NCBI RefSeq assembly: GCF_006345805.1 | Contig: NW_021823986.1 | Location: 1-20,451, forward strand | Direction of reading: 5' to 3' | DNA length: 20,451 bases | Source of the DNA: Octopus sinensis | Taxonomy: Eukaryota | Shown: positions 18,881-20,451 of the stretch, one piece after another | How the letters are laid out: each line of letters begins with the position of its first letter | Position numbering within the stretch: position 1 is the first letter of the stretch | Notes under the pieces: generated by a model | Seen by the model: only the letters and a program-made list of their open reading frames with translations | Database searches by the model: none | What the model was told of the DNA's origin: nothing | Position numbers and translations under genes: made by a program

Positions 18881-19136
18881 AGCTTGGATTTTACCTACTC
18901 CACTCTCTAATTTTGGATGTTTATTCATATACACAGCAACCCCAGTTGCAACCCATGAATTATAACTTTTTTTCAGCTTATTGAACTTCGATACTGGAAA
19001 AATTTACAACCTTCTATGTCAATAAACCCCTCTTGTTCCCGAAAGTTGTTTTTTATACCTTCAACAGACTGCTTGAACCTTATAAACTTCCTACACCTTG
19101 ATCCTTAGATCTTACCTTTACACATATATATATATA

Positions 19137-19554
19137 GAGAGAGGTTTTGGTATCCAGAAGATGTCAAGTAAGGCTAAGTAAGTGCTATGGAAGGACCCCT
19201 GTTCGATTCCCGGTTCGATAATAGTATGAGTGAGAAGTCTAACGCGAGTCATGTGTGAGCATGTATAGGTTAAACAAAGTGAAACAAAGCCAAGGCAGTG
19301 TGAAATTTTTAAAGGGAAGGGTAGTCTTACAGCTGTTTCAGGGATATAAAAGATATTCCATCATCAGAGACAATATGAAGGAGTTAAATAGAAGGAAATA
19401 GAGTTCAATATAAGAAGTAATTTTCTCCTTTCCAAAATAATGTCTTTTATTGAACTCTACTATTTCCTTCTCTTTAACTCTTTCATATTGTCTCTGATGA
19501 TGGGATGTCATTTATATCCCTGAAAGACATTTCCATCTCCTGTTTTATTAAGAC
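19137..19554. mobile_element. Penelope-like fold-back fragment with hammerhead motifs, between (TA)n tracts
   Basis: Inverted arms at 19336-19415 and 19443-19525, each containing CTGATGA...GAAA. (TA)n at ~19124-19136 and from 19555. Confidence 0.7.
19324..19371 (-). ncRNA. Minimal type I hammerhead ribozyme motif
   Basis: Minus strand: GTCT-CTGATGA-T-GGAATAT CTTTT ATATCCC-T-GAA-ACAGCTGT-A-AGAC. Stem I GTCT/AGAC, intact CUGAUGA and GAAA, stem II 6 of 7 pairs, palindromic stem III ACAGCTGT, GUA cleavage triplet. Confidence 0.75.
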
Positions 19555-19602
19555 TATATATATATATATATATACATACATACATACATACATACATACA
19601 TA
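19555..19602. repeat. (TA)n(CATA)n microsatellite
   Basis: Read directly from the sequence. Confidence 0.95.
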
Positions 19603-20451
19603 CAGGGTATGATGGGTAAAGTGTTGCGATTTTATATTTTTAATTTCATGCATGTGCATAGTTTGTTTTTGATTTTGTCATCTACACAGTATAGTAGGGT
19701 CAGTTGGGCACCGTCTGTGAGAAAAACAGCACCAAGACACAATTCACTCAGCCAGAAATTTGGAAATGACATACTGTACTGCTTGGTATTCACACCAGAC
19801 GCTCCATTATGAACATTTCAGAGTGTTTGGGTGTCAATCTGTGGACATGTAGCGAGAGTGATAAAAAACCAAACAACCAGCCAGCATCATGGTGTTTGGA
19901 GTGATCGCTAGTGAAGGCGATGTTATGCCTCCATTCATCTTCCCACACAGCCTCAGATTCAACACAAAGGCCTACATCAAGTGCTGCCTTGGGCCAAGAG
20001 GGTGGTTACTGGCAGAACCTATGTCTGGCAATAGGACTCTGCATCATGCCACACAATCAGAGAAACCCAGTCATTTCTGTCAGACAATTTCTGCGACCAC
20101 ATCACCCCTAACATCTGGTCACTTAACTCCCCAGACTGCAAACCCCTTGATTATTATGTGTAGGGTGCAGTTGAGTGAGAAACCAACAAAACTCCTTGTA
20201 ACACCAAAGATGAACTGAAGGCAAGGATTATGGCAGCATTCACCAACTTAAACAAGGAGACCGTCCAGAAGAGTTGCAGGAGATTCCAAAGTCGTCTGGA
20301 GGCCATGGTTGAAGCCAATGGCAATTTTATTGAATAAATTTACTCTTTAGTACTTCAAGATATTTTTATGTAATTTTGGTAAACATATCTTTTATATGTC
20401 TGTGTTATTTTCATTTTTGTATAATTTAGACAGTCTATTCACCACACCGTG
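19603..20451 (+). mobile_element. DD37D (maT-family) Tc1/mariner transposon, internally deleted
   Basis: TA|CAGGGTATGATGGGTAAAGTGT versus reverse complement of the window end CACGGTGTGGTGAATAGACTGT (15/22). Transposase remnant inside. Confidence 0.85.
19862..20337 (+). pseudogene. Transposase catalytic-domain remnant
   Basis: MVFGVIASEGDVMPPFIF; after a frameshift YVWQ*DSASCH...WSLNSPDCKPLDYYV*GAVE*...RLEAMVEANGNFIE*. Exactly 37 residues between D (20035-20037) and D (20149-20151). Confidence 0.92.

Overview
AT-rich, repeat-dense eukaryotic genomic DNA, most likely intronic or intergenic octopus (coleoid cephalopod) sequence. The taxon is inferred from the recognisable SINE families and microsatellite load. 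I can support no intact host gene. The window is a mosaic of: about 20 tRNA-derived SINE copies or fragments in several families; a 5'-truncated 2.4-kb RTE-clade LINE (13438-15877, minus) whose decayed ORF carries a C4HC3 PHD-type finger after the RT core; other RTE fragments; an internally deleted DD37D (maT) Tc1/mariner; a Tc2-like MITE; a piggyBac-like MITE; one hAT/Charlie end; a complete non-autonomous Helitron; and many (TA)n/(TG)n tracts. The most unusual signal is a set of short Penelope-like (PLE) fragments, three of them sitting between (TA)n tracts. They carry minimal hammerhead-ribozyme motifs (best at 19324-19371, minus) and/or fold-back inverted repeats (19336-19525, 9946-10036). 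Most ORFs in the supplied track are microsatellite or SINE artefacts. Nothing here is demonstrably a new system; the PLE/ribozyme fold-backs and the PHD-in-RT LINE are the best leads.
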